64,000 bases of DNA. Origin: Raillietiella orientalis (lineage: Eukaryota). The notes under the pieces were generated by a model. It did no database searches. It was not told where the DNA came from and saw only the letters and a program-made list of their open reading frames with translations. Positions 50,171 through 64,000 of the stretch are shown here, in pieces (positions within the stretch are counted from its first letter, which is position 1; each line of letters starts with the position of its first letter). The translations under genes and the position numbers were made by a program. The stretch covers positions 1,736,001 through 1,800,000 of the forward strand of contig JAYWIR010000017.1 in NCBI GenBank assembly GCA_036172245.1, in the 5' to 3' direction.

Positions 50171-52583
50171 GGGAGGAAGCAGATGAATAAAGTGATTCTA
50201 AATGGATGGAGTTGTGCATGGATCTCCAACCCCACTGCAACTTAAATGATGCATCGAAATCCATTAAAACACACTCCTCAGAAACTATGGTAACATTCGA
50301 TACGTACAACTATCTTTGTTTCTGTTGAATTGTCTGGGATGCTGAACTTATCAGGGTTCTTTTTCGCTTCCTTGTCCTCGTTCAGGCACTAAAGCAACCC
50401 TGTATAGCATTGAAGAAGACTTTTCAGTTTTTAGCAGTAGCCTGCCCAAATCTTTGATGTAAGTGTTCAGTCTTTCAATTTAAACGCCGCCACGCAGCGT
50501 TTTCAAAATACAAGCGATACACTTATTCATAAAAGAAATCTTCTCGAATCAGTTGTATTGTATGCAACTGTTACGAAAAAGTAACGGTTATCTCAGATAA
50601 AATCATGATGATATAAAAGTGTATGGGGTTATATTTTCTATTTAATGCAATATGAAAATTATTTTAAGAATTACAATCTAAAACCGTTTGAAGTGATGCA
50701 TTCTGATCGTACCTCGATAGAAATTCTTCAGTAGCACAGAGCCTCTCCACCATTTTCTTTCACTTCTGCTCAATACTTGGTATCATTCTTTTGTGTCTCT
50801 ATCATGTGATGATTTCTCATTCGGGAGTATTTGCCATTCCCAGTTTCACACTTTAGTTCCCTTTCTAGATTTGACGTTCTGGAACTCAGAGCCAACCGAT
50901 AGCAGGTAGTAATTTCTTATGAACCACTAGATTTAAATTCTTGATTTGTACATAACCTGTAAGTAACATGAAAATGTTCCTCATGGCAACTTTCAGCAAA
51001 TAAAATCTCTCTCCATTCTTTTACGAGTCGTTGATAGCTAATTACTTCCGGTTCCGCATTCATCGATATCTCTAGATAAGTACTCATATTTCTGAATATT
51101 CATCTAGGACACTAGCAATAAAGACTCTCTTTCTTTGCCTACTCTGAATTTAGAATGTTGTTTAGGGCATTCCATATTTACTGAACTTGTATAAAATTCA
51201 TTAAGTTCATTGATGGCCCGCAAAAGTTAGTAAGCAAACAAGAGATCAGGATTCAAACATGGGTTTGATTAAAAATGAGCTTCCAGAAATAATTCACCAT
51301 TTTTTTTGCATTTCCTCCATATGTTTCCGATGAAAGCGGACTGAGGAGTGACACTCTTCCGGTCTTCATGAGACATCGGTCCCCGTTGTCTGAGGAAAAA
51401 TGTGCAAAGGATGCCACTGTTCTGTTTCCAATGGAGAGGAACAATTTATTTCACAGGTGCGAACACTCACTCATTCTGGCGTCCCACTGGATTTCGAAGT
51501 GTGCCCAAGTTCAGCAAACCGAAGAGACACCTTGGCAAAATTGATTTTTCCTTCGCCGTCCTGTTGAAAAACGTCAATTCTTTTTCTCCTAGCTAGGAAA
51601 CTAGGATGTTTGTGACTACATTCAAATTAGCCTACTCTGGCTAGCATGCCAACTATTTTTGCAAGATCTGATAGTGCAGGAAGCTGATATCTTCATCGAA
51701 CTGTTTTCATCTGTCGTTAACTATAATCCCTCATTGGCAGCTGATTTCTTCTCATAGAAGATGCGGTGATACCTCTATAATTTCGAAAGCGCCCATCCTT
51801 CCTCTTTACTTTTTTAAGAGATTCATAAAATTTCCATTGATCAGAAATCATTCAGTTGCTACATTCTCATATTTTAGATCGCTGTTTTTTATAACTTTGT
51901 AGAAGTCGTCATTATTAGTTTGAAACTCTCTGTAGTTTACTGCTTTGAGCTTCATCGTTCCGTCTTAGAACAGAAAGTCCTGAAAGCTTTGCGTGTGTGC
52001 GTGTGTTTCAAGTTGTTTCACTGAAAACAAGGAGAAATCATCTGTACATTGGTTCTCATAGGAAAATTCTGAAATCGGTATTTCACGATCATTCCACAAA
52101 GTTCAGGGACAAAGTTGCAGATGTGAAGCATAGATGACACAATTAAGGAAAATTGACATGCATTTAATCACGAGCATCGAAAAGTTACAAACGTGAAAAC
52201 TCAACTACTCATTCACCAAACTATTCGAAAAGTAGAATGGAATGGTTAGTGGATGATGCTATGAATGGTTCCTTTTCGACATTTCGAAGAGTCCTGCGAA
52301 TTCCTGCCGGTGCTCTGCTTGATGTCAATAAAGTGCTTCGAGCCGACTTTGCTTTTTTTGACAAAGATGCATTCCCCCTATGAAAATAGTTCCTCATTGT
52401 GTGAGCTCTCCTTTACTTGCAGGAGGGTACAAATACAAAGATAGCAAGATTATAAAATCAGTAATGGTGTAATTTTCCTCAGTGCTAAGATGCGTGAGAC
52501 GGAATATGCACAGGTAACTCTACGTTGCTGTTTTAGAGAATGCATGACCTCGATGTTTCAATGGTCTCGAAATCGTTCATAGA

Positions 52584-52586
<3 letters not shown>

Positions 52587-52632
<46 letters not shown>
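52587..52632. repeat. (AC)23 microsatellite
   Basis: Direct reading. Confidence 0.97.
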
Positions 52633-52634
<2 letters not shown>

Positions 52635-55600
52635 TGGTATGGTGATAAAAGTAAAGCACCACAAATGAAAAGAGAAAAACGCTGAGGGTTAGCGGGTTTC
52701 GATCTTCCTATGTAGCTCTGATCATCCTTGGAAACTTTAATTGTGGACAAATGTTGTTTCTGTACTTGTTTCTAGCCACTCAAATTTATTGTTTTGATCC
52801 AAAAAAAGTAGAAATGGGAATTTAAACTCTTTGACTTATAAGTGAAACAGCATTTGAAGAGAAACTAGACGATTGCTGTTACGGATTCTATGGAAGCAAA
52901 GGAATGATGGTGGGAACAATGTCGTTAGAACCATTAAAGCATTTTTCCTCAATACTAGGTAAGATAATGGAAAACAAACTGTGGATTAGAGTGAATCTTG
53001 AGATAAGTGGATACTGAGTTGGCAAAAAAATCATTTTTTGTTCGAAGGAAAAACAATAAGTTTTATGGAAAAAGAATTGAGGCTCCATAAAGAATGACAA
53101 AAATCAATTCCTAAGGAAACAAAATTGAATACTTTTAGATTTCTCTTCTCCTACAAATAAACTCCTTCTGCTCTCATGGATAATAGAAAAGATGAAACAC
53201 AGAGCATTGAGAGTGTCTCAGTGTAGTCTCTCAGTGTAGCTCACAACTGTGAGTAGAGAATCGTAAACAATTCGGCTTATTCTAGTTTTAAAAACTTGAA
53301 ATCCCTTCAAGGAATGTTTCAATAGTTTGTTTTCACCCAATCGATCTGATCCATCCATGTCAGATTTTAAAAAATCAGTTGTGAACTCTAAATGTTTCAT
53401 TCAGCAAGCTGGTTATGTACATTAAGATGTAATTGACAAAACTTAAGAAAGTGATGCTTACACGGCTGGATATTGAAAAGTTGCAAAAATTCAGAAACGT
53501 CCCCTATTGCATTGCTACCATCAAATTGGACTGCATGAGACTAATGCTAAGCACAGCATCGAGTTCGTCTCAATTTTTCCTAGGACAGGATTGAAAAAGA
53601 CAAATCAAGATTTTGAAGGCACAAATAAAAACAAACAGAAGCATTTTAGTATTTGTTCTCAAATAAATGGATGGAAATTTATGAGATTGCTGCGAATTCC
53701 TCTGATGTCTCAGCCATTGTATGCATTTTGGTAAACGCTGGATGATGAAATATGCAAAATAATACTACGAAATTGTTTCGGATAAGATGCTGGAGTTGTT
53801 TATTCATGATACATTCGATAATCATGATATAGGTAATAAGGACAAACGCGCTGTGACCGAGTTCAAGACATGCGCAAAATTTTATATGAAAAAGGCGAAA
53901 CATTGACATGTAGTATCAATATTAGGATCGACATGTAACCTTCCTATCTCTATATCCCCAGGATGAAACTTCTCTTCTTTGGCAGTGGAGCTTCGCAATG
54001 CATCCATTGAAGCTCTAACCACTAATATCAGTGAAGACGTTTCATGAACTCTATTACTTTCTTGTGATGTGAGAGTCTGAGTTGACTCTTTCATAACTTG
54101 AATGCATTTGAATGAACTGAATTCTAAGGAGAATCCTGAATGTTCCTCAATAAAAAAATAATAATGAAAGTAATCAGATATTTTGGGCACCGTGGTTGAA
54201 AGGATGGTTCTTTTCTTCCTTTTCCAAAAGCAGAGCGTTCTCTTTATTGCTATATCATGGCTCCAGAGTCAGCGTATTGAACTGCATGTCTTTTGCTTAT
54301 TTTTCCCAGTCATGAAAGACTGGGAACCCTGTTTGTCAAAAATTCGGAAATAGAATTATTGTATAATAATTTTTTTTTCTATCTGTAAGAAGATAAAATA
54401 CTGATTGAAAAAACTTCTTCCCTGAAAGAAGGTCAGTTTTGAAATGGTCGGACGAACTTTTTCAAACACAAAATTACACTGATGCAATAAAATGCTTTTC
54501 CTCTTGTGTAGGATGCCTCTCATAAATTGAAAACATAAATTAAAAGACTCTTGAGCATGTATCTGGAGATCTTGTTAATGTAATAGAGTTCAGAGATTCC
54601 CATCGTATTTATTTGCTTCATCCTTTTAAGGCATCTACTTGACCGTTTGTGAACCGCAGCTCCAAAGAAATCCTTTTAAGTTTTGCAATTTTCATTAAAA
54701 ATGTTTCTCAAAAATAAATACTGACCATGGAAATATCAACTACTGATCCCTTGGCCATTTGCAAGTCCAATGCAGATTATTTTTTTGATTTTAAAAAAAT
54801 TGAAGACACAAATGCATTGGTGCGAATAAGAGCTGGTCATCAAACCCATTAGGTTGCTCCCTATGATTCCCGAGGAATGACTCAAAACCTCTGGAGCTAA
54901 AATGCCCAGTTTTACTTGATAGTGTACACTATACTAATACTTTCTGTTGAAAAAACTACTAGCACAAACAAATGAAATAATCAAGTTATCTTGATATCCC
55001 TGTACTTCTGAACGCTGCTTTTCCCTGTGGTTTCACTGTGAGGGTACAGATGTTGCTGAACTTCACAGAAAATGACTATCAGATTTGTCCGATTAAATCA
55101 ATCAAAATGCATGATCATCTTCTAGCGATATTACTGTACCAAAACCACTTCATATACAGGCAAGGCTCCCGCAGAAACTTCTACAAGTTTGCCTTTCTGC
55201 CATTAGAGAAACACACACACTAGCGAATGACAGTTACTGAAAGCTGTTCATAGATTTCTATTCTAGAAGCGAGCAAGGCAAAATAGGTAAAGATTTCGTT
55301 GAAGCCGTCGGCAACTGACGGAAAACTGTAAGGTGTTAATAAGTAAGCTCGTGAGAAATCCGATGCCAGCGGAAACTTACACGTTAATTAATCATAACTA
55401 AGTAAATAGTTAATTTCACTTCTTGCATCACGAAAGATTAGCGCTTGCATACAGACAAGTAAATCTTAGTGTTACAAACTGTCTGCAAGTCCGTGTTGCT
55501 TTACTTTTCTTTTCTTACTTTTTTATGCTGTCCATGATGAATTTCTCAGTTAGATTGAGACTTTTTAATCACGAATACATTATGTCAACAATATGATCCT

Positions 55601-56015
55601 TAGCTTATGTAGATCGTCTTGATGACTTCTAACATGTTAAGTTTTAAATAGTGAGGAAACATCAGATTTAGGGTCTATAATTAAGAACACAAGAATAGGC
55701 AAAGTATGAAGTACAGCTTGAATGCAGTAGAAAAGAAACACATGATACCTTGAGAGAATTAATCTGAGATTTCATATATTGGAAATAATCTAAGTTTCTT
55801 GGCTTTTTAATTCGAAACAGTGGTCATGAATGTCAAAAAATTTCAATTTTCTTTGAGAATGAAGATGAAGAAGCGTAGAGGTCGAAATGTTCAGTTAGTC
55901 TCCTTGAAGAAAATCTTTGGCTGCTTGAAAAAATGTGCTTTACCTTTGATATGTACCTTCATTCTTCTGGCATCTGTGAACAGATGAACAGGTGTACTTT
56001 GTCTCAAAACGGCTT

Positions 56016-56135
56016 TCATTTATTTGATGAATGATCTTGTTTCGATTTATTTTATTCTTGTGTAGCTGATGATGGATAAAGTATTCCAAGTAAACGGCTT
56101 AATTTCTATCATCAGCACATGCAGCTATTTCATAA
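56016..56135. repeat. 120-bp direct repeat, copy 1 (partner 57926-58045)
   Basis: TCATTTATTTGATGAATGATCTTG...GCAGCTATTTCATAA. 116/120 identical to copy 2. Confidence 0.97.
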
Positions 56136-56759
56136 TCTAGCGGAATTCAGATGGGAACACTTTATTCAGAAAATATTGAAACAGCTTATGCAGTCTTTAT
56201 TCAGAAAGAAGGTTAAACAAGGTTAATGTGATATGCTATGATAAGCTTCATTTCGTTCAGCTAGATGTGCTCCCTCAGCAAGATGACCACGTCATAGAGA
56301 GGAAGCCATTTTTTGATTCTGTAAAACAGGTGAAATAATCGAAACCGAACTTCTTTTCTTTCCATATGGTGAAAACTGAAACAGGAAATTGGATGATCCC
56401 ATGAATTTTAATGCATGGTTACTTGCATTATATCTTGGAAATAGACCCGACTGCATAAGCTGTCCTCATATTCACGTTCTGGTTCCTAATAAAGCTTTGG
56501 ACATTTTCGTTGACTCTTGGTGAGGGTGTGCGATGAAAATTGCACACGATTTCTGGCTGGGCACGTCAATAGTAGAGCAAGAATTCTTGGAACTAATTTG
56601 AAACATGGTGCTTAAGCGTCGACTTGACCCGTTACTGTGATTTTACCGTAGTGCTTTATCTGAAAGAAGAAAAGTTTTCCTTTTGGAAGCAAAACAACTT
56701 GAAGCATTTCATTCTGGAAGAAGGGTTGTATAAAAAATGAGATTGTAGGTACTTGAACA

Positions 56760-57330
56760 ACACCTATATGTTACAGCATGATCCTAGGCCAACGCTGCGT
56801 CTTGATCATTGTGCAGTTAATAATTTGTCTTGCGGGTCCTATTGCACAAATTTGCCGTAGACTTCTGTTTAATCCATAAAACCACACTATATATTGTATT
56901 GGTTCGGACGGGCATTACATTTTGTGATTCCGAGGTTGTGGAAAACCAAATTTTTCCTATTTGGAACCACCAGTCTGTTTTCTGTTCAGAAGTGCGGCAC
57001 CAGTTCAGTGACGGTTACTTGCGTTATCATCTTCGTTTAGTAAAAACTCTTTGTGAATGGGAAGCTTTTGAAGATCAGGCACGACAAGGAATCGTGTGCC
57101 CCCGCACCTTTTAGCGTAATGAAGTAATGATCAACTGTTCTCAAGCAAAAGCATGATTCGTAAAATCTTGGCTTCAGCAGTATGTGTGTCTTATGTATTG
57201 ATGTATCATCGCCGGAGTAGAGTTTACCCAAAAATAGTTCGTTTTATAAAGTTCCACAACTACTGTATGATGTGTCACATGCGGATGGACATGAATACTT
57301 TAAAATCTCTTGTTTGCACCCTGCTGCTTA
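56760..57330 (-). mobile_element. Mariner-like transposase fossil
   Basis: ILLKPRFYESCFCLRTVDHYFIT (IL...LG..K..ARWVPH.LT-like), followed by RKQTGGSK*EKFGFPQPRNHK..PSEP..YIVWF...RQIIN (E.K.QS..W...G.P.P.K....S..K.M..VFW....TIN-like). Stops and frameshifts. Confidence 0.5.
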
Positions 57331-57925
57331 TTTGGACAGTTTTTTCTAATGTATAAATGACGATTCTCTATTTCCTACTTGGCGGTGCCTGTCTTTATCT
57401 TTGGTTAACATGGATTCCAGTCAGCCGTAGGGGCACAACTCACGTATGATTTGCAGTATGTTTCATCTTTAACAAAGAGATGAAATTCTTTTATCGGCAT
57501 TCTCTTATCCATTTTTCCCCCCAGTAATCCTGAACCTGCCACAGCTTTGTGTATTAGCCTTACTTATCCTTCTAATAAATCTCTTTTAGCTGCTTTGTAC
57601 ATTTTCATTATTTTTCTGGGAGGGGGGGGGGGTTAAATACAAGTGCAACATGTTGCATTGTGAAATTCCTACTTGAACAGCAGATTTTACAGATGGAGGC
57701 CAAAAAAAAAGGTGATCTCTAAAAAGTGCAAACTTGAAATTGATCTGTCTTTGAACACACTCAGAATTGCCCTTCATGACACTGACACATTCCCATGTAA
57801 GGGTCAGTTTTGCAATAGCAAACATTGCAAAAAGCTTGAATATAATTAAATATAAACTATTCTGAAGCATCAGACAGATGCTTGCAGGTAAATTGTCAAA
57901 ATAGGTTTCTAATTTATGAATGCTC

Positions 57926-58045
57926 TCATTTATTTGATGAATGATCTTGTTTCGGTTTATTTTATTCTTGTGTAGTTGATGATGAATAAAGTATTCCAAG
58001 TAAACGGCTTAATTTCTATCATTAGCACATGCAGCTATTTCATAA
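57926..58045. repeat. 120-bp direct repeat, copy 2 (partner 56016-56135)
   Basis: Four transition differences from copy 1. Confidence 0.97.
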
Positions 58046-59581
58046 CCATGTACAAATCTAGTAAGCCAATTTATTTTTTAGCAAGGTTTTAGGAAATGCA
58101 CTCCTGCTGAAATGATTGTAGCTGAATGGGCAGGAAAGATGAGAAGGAATTTAATTTCACCTGTGTCAGCAGCATGGTCCAAGGAAGCCCATAGTAACAC
58201 CATAAAGTAATCTACATTCTCTATTTTATTAATCTTCAGCTGTGTTCTTCAGATAAAAATATCAGTACTTCTAAAATGTTCTCTGCACTAATGCTGAACC
58301 TTGCCATACGGCAGTAATTGTACTTGCTAGGAATAGCAGCTTGTTTTATTCCTATCCCTGAAGTTCATTCTGTTTATACCTGTTTTTCAATATGGAGGGA
58401 ATTAACTCCAAACACATGAATACTGAGGAATTGGTAACAACTAAAGAACAAGAGATGAGGGGTAAAGTTAGGGATCAAGTGTACCCATAATGAGGGTGAA
58501 TGAATAAGAATAAGGATATTTCCAAGTGACGATAATAAAGAAATACTGAGAGTAAGTAAGCAGTGTGAATAATTATGGGATAAGAAGACTGAGAATCAAT
58601 GTAAAAGGGAATGAACTAAAGAGTGTGAAGGGCACTGGACCTAAGTCCACACTCAGAATTGTCCTGGATCTGCCTTCCAGCAAGTCCAGTCTGTGCATCT
58701 ACCAAACTTAATCTTTGCAGTTCCTTTCAGGCAGTGACAGTGAAGATAAGTGCAGAGTCATCCTCATATGTCTAGGTAGAAAAAACATTTCTGAAACTTC
58801 TGGAGAAACAATAGCTTCGATTCTTGGCTAAGCTCTTGAAAGAATTGTAGAAACTAGAGCAAATTGGCATGAGCTAAAGGGAATTAACTAGTTTATTCAA
58901 ACACTTTCACTACAAGCTCAATGAGCATCTAATTTTTAAACCAGAGTACAGGATAAAAACCAAACTGTGATCTTTATATGAAAGTAAATGATCATGGTAG
59001 GAGTCTACAAGGCCAGTAATTCAGCAGGAATCTGTAAGGTTTTTCTCCTCTCACTTAGAAAAGTATCTCAATTGAAATCAAAGCACAATTAGAAGAAAAA
59101 TATTCAATAATTATTTCACTAGAAATGAAACTTCCAGTTTTGCATTCATTTGTCTTTTTATATGGCAATTTTTGCATTGTTATTGAATATGTGGAAGTGA
59201 AGTTCTGTTCTAAACTGACAAAAAGTAATTATGGATTTGCTTACAAGATGCTGTTGTAGTTACTTATTGTGTCACTAAAGATAGGGCAGTATTTTCTCTT
59301 AGATTAGCAATATAATTGATTATAGAATTCTAAATCTTAATTTTATAACTAAATTTACACTATCCTAAAGTACTAAAACTTTTGTCCATTTTTACTGACT
59401 AATCTCTCATGCAGAAAGGGACATCCATAAATGCAGAGGCACCAATACATGAAAATACTCAATGTAAGAATCACTATCTCTAGATCAATTTTTAGAGAAA
59501 ATTCATACAGTGAATTCTGAATGCATTTCAATTTTATGTAAGAGTCATAATTAATGAGTAGCTGCTGTTTCATCAACCAAT

Positions 59582-59900
59582 TCATTCACAAAAGCAAATG
59601 CCAGTGTACATGCTATCAGCATGTGCCCCAAATGATGGAACAATGTGTATCTGGTAATTTGTTTCTCGTAGTGAAATGAAGCTGAGTCGTGAGGCGAGAT
59701 GATGAAAAAGATTGCTTAGGTCATTATAGGTGACACCTAGTCTGAATCTTTGAAGAATCATGAAGACCAATTCAAGTTCAAATGTCAGCTCTGCTATTTA
59801 GTGTCTTGTTTTAAAAGGAAAAGCTACAATGTGAATTCCTGGGAAAAAACATGAAAAAACTAATAAAGAGAAAGTGATCCAAAGAAAAAGAAACCCTTTT
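59582..59900 (-). mobile_element. PIF/Harbinger (IS5-like) transposase fossil, HTH region
   Basis: VFMILQRFRLGVTYNDLSNLF...SRLSFI resembles the L.L.L..L......DL...F..S.S..S.I helix-turn-helix upstream of DDE_Tnp_4. Confidence 0.42.
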
Positions 59901-62249
59901 CGAGATGACTTGTTTACATACATATGAAAGCATCAAAGAGAACACATTGGCACACCAACATATTCAAAGCACATACAGAAGAGCATTCTGTGATGAATAT
60001 TATAGAAAATAAATCATATCTGAATACTTCATCCTGAAGACATAAATTTCTAGCATATGGAGCAATGGGTAATGTGCGATGGAAATCTCAGTTGACATGA
60101 GGAGAGTTTTGTGGAAGTAAAAGAAATCCTGAGTAAAGTTTGAAATAGTTTTGTAAGGAAAATGTTGGCCATTTTCTAGAATCCTCTCGGCCGAGTAGCC
60201 GAGTTCGAATTTTTTTTTCTCATCAATTACTCAACACATTTTTTTAGTGGCATGATAGTGCGACCCCGCTGTAACTATAGCAAAACTTGCTAGTGTGAAT
60301 CTGAAATGACACTGATGTTTCCACAGCTATGTGCTCATGATTCTGCATCTGTTTCGCAGTTATTGCAGAATCACAAATTCTTAATAGGTGCGATTTTCAT
60401 GTTTGAGAACGTTGACGTAATTTTGGCAATTCCTTGTTTATAACTCGCGCAATCGAGGCCCTATCGGTCTGCCATCTATCCCCCCAAAATTGAACTTTTT
60501 TGGTGTGCATATTGCAAGTATGATGGGAGTTTTGTACTGCGATTTGCTACATTGCGCCGTGATTTTCCTCCTGGTTGTACCTTAACCTATTTATTATTCA
60601 TACATTTCACGTGCTCAAATGTGCTTGTGATCTTTTCATCAGAATGATGCACATTTAGATAGACAAGGAATAACATGCAACAATACTACGGAATGTAGGG
60701 TGCCAACTACTCTTGAATTCTTATCTAACCTCGTCTCTTATTCTAGAAAACGAATTTGCATAGTAACTCGGACTTCTATTTTTATATTATATGGAAATAT
60801 GAAATTCCTTCCTTCTATCTTAATGCATCCATTCTTTACAAGAAGCTTTTTTTTTTTTTTTATAAACATTGTTCTGTTGCGATGATGAAATAATGAACAT
60901 CGATATCTTAAGCAGGGTATACTAACTGGAATACTCATCTAATGATGTGCTTTTACAGTCGACCCATTTAATTGTTCAATTAGTACAAATTAAGAAACGT
61001 TGCTGAAGAGAAACCATTTGCTTTTGCTTTTTCTATCAGAAACTCATAAATAGCAGCTCGTATTAGTGCTTACAGTGGAGTTCGATTGCACTTTGAAGGC
61101 TTCTAAGGATAATTGTCCTTTTTTGTCACCGGTGAATATTCTATCGATGGAAGCACTTTTTTTCGAAAGTGTACTGCTTGTTTATTACGAACATGCTGAC
61201 CATTGATCTGTTGAATGCTACTTCGAACTTTTTTGCGTGATTTACAAGATCATCCTGCTTTCACCATGCAAGTATTTCACCGGCATTTAATCGAATTGAA
61301 TCGATGATTTTGGCAGCATATTTCTAATTTGTTTATGCTTCAATTTTCTAAGAAAATGAACAGCTAATTATCGAAATCTCAGTGGCTATGTTGATAGGCT
61401 ATTGCGTCTCACAAGCATTATTTGTTTCTGAGTAAACACACTGTTTTCCGTATATGATAATCTGCTCTGGGTATCCTATTCTGGCCCCTATGCTTGGAGG
61501 CTATTCTTCTTCAGGTAGAAGATAGGTTTCCTTAGAACATGCAACATAAAAGGCATTCGGAAACACGGTAAATGGTTTGCTTTTTTACACTCTATAGTGA
61601 CGTGATTGTTTTCGTACGATCAAATGTGTCACAGATGAATACATATAAGGATTATTTCATCGATGCGTGAAACTAAACGCTGAAAATACTTGACAGTTGG
61701 ATCTGACCAAATTAAGTACCCGGGCCCGTTGCAGTGTGACCTGAGCACAAATAGCATTCCTGAGCTGACATTTCATGTGTCAGCTGTAGGGTGGTGAAAT
61801 CTAAATCTTGCTCCCATAGCCTTCCCCATTTGGAAGGACAATCAGTAAAAAGAGTGCAACTGAAAAACAAAGGCTCCAGTTTCGAATTATGGTGAACAGA
61901 TCGGAGAAAAGTAAAAATGTCTTCTTCGTCGTTCACAGCATCCACAGGAAACTCTGATGGAATTTTCTCGATCATTCAAGAAGAAATCCTGTCACGAGTG
62001 TGGCATTTAAGCGATAGTTGTTTGAAGAACATTTCAGCATCATAGTATTAGGCGGAATTCACCTCTGTGCTGTACATTGAGCAAGACATTGAGCATGCGA
62101 AATTGCATAGCGAACGGAAAGCCAACACTGGTAGCCATCCATCCCTTTAGTAGATAATTATGTTCTGTCTCGATCGTCCTCTACTGGGATCCAAAAACAT
62201 TGGCCTCACATTTACTGCCGCCTTTCCCATCCCATCCCGGACGAAGACG

Positions 62250-62730
62250 GTGCCTTATGCTACCAGGCGGCCATGTGTCGCGGTCCGGAACACACCTGCT
62301 CCGAACTTCAAAGGCCGAAAATTGGACAGTTTGTTTTAGAAATGTGTTACTCATTATGCTGCTGTGCTGAAACAACGGAAATAGCGAAATTTGCGGACCA
62401 CATATCTTTACGCTGCATGCTTCTGACTGATGCGTACGAAAAAGCCTCGAAACTCGATTCCACGTTGGTTCCCAGAAACCTAATGGATGGGAAATCCCAC
62501 TTCGAGATTCCCAAGAAAGCAAGGAGATAACAAGGGAATCCCATTTAGAGTGATCATTAACAGTTCCGTTCTTCATTAGAGGTGCAAGCATCAATTTCGA
62601 AAATGTTACTGCTGTGTACCTAAACGCGCACCTCTTCGGAGTGGATGGTGGTTCCTGCGACCAGTGCAGCCATTTGAAACCGTTCAGGAAAACAATTTGA
62701 CCAACATGCGAAATTATAAGTGATGCAAAA
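62250..62730 (+). mobile_element. pogo/Tigger-like (DDE_1) transposase fossil
   Basis: Frameshifted remnants LLIMLLC*NNGNSEICGPHIF (TVML.C...G.....P..IF-like), KPNGW (NGWM-like) and HLKPFRK (QPLD....PFK-like). Confidence 0.38.
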
Positions 62731-64000
62731 TACAAAAAAAAAAAAACTGCTTAGGTAATGGCTTTACATTATTCCAAGAGCTATCGCAGAATGATTTGTT
62801 AAATACATCCTTCTGTGATCATAGAATCTAATATATGACAGAATCTAATCTTTGAATAATGTTTATTAAGATAGTAGCCGGAATGCTGAGATGAAACATT
62901 TCACGAGGTCGATTTTCAGAACCTATATGCGTAACTAATGGGAGATCGTAAATTGTATTCTTGGGATGTTTAATCGAGGATTGTAGAGAGATGACCTGTT
63001 TTGATCACTTACATGTAGAATACGAATAATGTATTATAATTGTAATAATGTTTATTAATATTCTTGTATTGTAGGTAGAGGTGTAGATGAAGTACACAAA
63101 AGCGGAAGCATATAAAGGACTTTTATGAGAGCTCTATTGATATACCCTAAGCGTTCCGTGTGGATTGGAGATTACTAAGAAAATGAGACCTCACTGAAAT
63201 GAGAGAAATGCTCTTCATCCATGCTGCCAATCATTGAGAGTCAATCTGTTTTCGGGAACAGAAGTCTGAAAGTGGATCAAAGTTATTTTTACATTTTAAT
63301 AGAATTAAACTCGCACTCTGCTATATGCTTCCACATTTTGGGGATTGCACATAGCTGGCGGATAATGGTTCGCAGAACTAATTGAACAGTAATTAATTAT
63401 TGGAATTTTCAAGCACTAAATTTCTCACACGATAGCTTTCGAGTATTAGCCACACGGCTGAATATCACATGCGGCATTTCAAATATACCAACTAAAGTAG
63501 GCGACGTGTGTGTGAAAAATCACCAAACGTTCACAAAGCAGTGCAGTAGTTTCTAAACAACAGATCTCTAAACGTTGACATGTGATGGTATTTGCAATTG
63601 GGAAAAGAGTTTTTTTATTCACAGGAAAAGAACTTGTGACGTTCGAGCTTTAAATTTTCCAATGTCGGCATGTTTCTACGATAATTATTTATTAACTGAT
63701 GATGTTTCCTGCTGTCATTAGAAACTTTTGTTATTCTTGCCTTCAGTTGTTTATTTTATTGATCTAAAATGCAGCATAATAGCCTGACGTTTCTATACGT
63801 GATTGGGCTTTGGATTATTTGTAGGACACAGGTGAACACTGGCAATCTCATGAGCCGCAAATCACTCCAAAGGAGGTGATCCTTTCAGCTTTCCAATCTG
63901 CACTGTTTTGTGTTGCAGATCCCGTAATTAAAAACCGATTCGACAGGCTTCATTCATAACTTGCTGTGTGTGTCAATGATAAGAAAGAAGTTCATTCACG

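Noticed and set aside
53100..53400. Additional hAT-like fossils here and at ~57.7-58.8 kb, and LINE-like traces at ~18.1, 20.1-20.8 and 30-32 kb
   Set aside because: Motif resemblance is too faint to support by eye and needs a profile search.
60185..60220. tRNA or SINE suggested by a GTTCGAAT B-box-like motif followed by a T run
   Set aside because: No cloverleaf, no properly spaced A box, and no second copy in the window.

Overview
Eukaryotic, most likely arthropod, genomic DNA that is rich in repeats. One intact host gene is supported: a four-coding-exon rhodopsin-class neuropeptide GPCR on the + strand that closely resembles the leucokinin/kinin receptor (exons 21692-22420, 26802-26902, 29516-29606 and 35401-35595; 371 aa; all introns GT-AG and phase-compatible). 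Bases 1-13.4 kb are a nest of decayed L1/Tx1-like LINE fragments plus a hAT transposase remnant. A 1432-bp near-perfect inverted duplication (968-2399 / 10907-12338) brackets an 8.5-kb segment there and looks like an inversion with a duplicated breakpoint. The most unusual signal is a sharply bounded GC/CpG-rich domain (~25.8-44.2 kb) in an AT-rich background. It covers the 3' half of the receptor gene, cuts through old LINE fossils at both edges, raises GC3 in the exons it covers, and coincides with A/T-to-G/C amino-acid changes at normally conserved receptor residues. That pattern suggests strong local GC-biased substitution rather than a foreign insertion. The rest is AT-rich DNA with faint mariner/Tc1, P/THAP, Harbinger and pogo fossils and simple repeats. 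All transposon calls come from reading degenerate motifs by eye, without database searches, and their boundaries are approximate.
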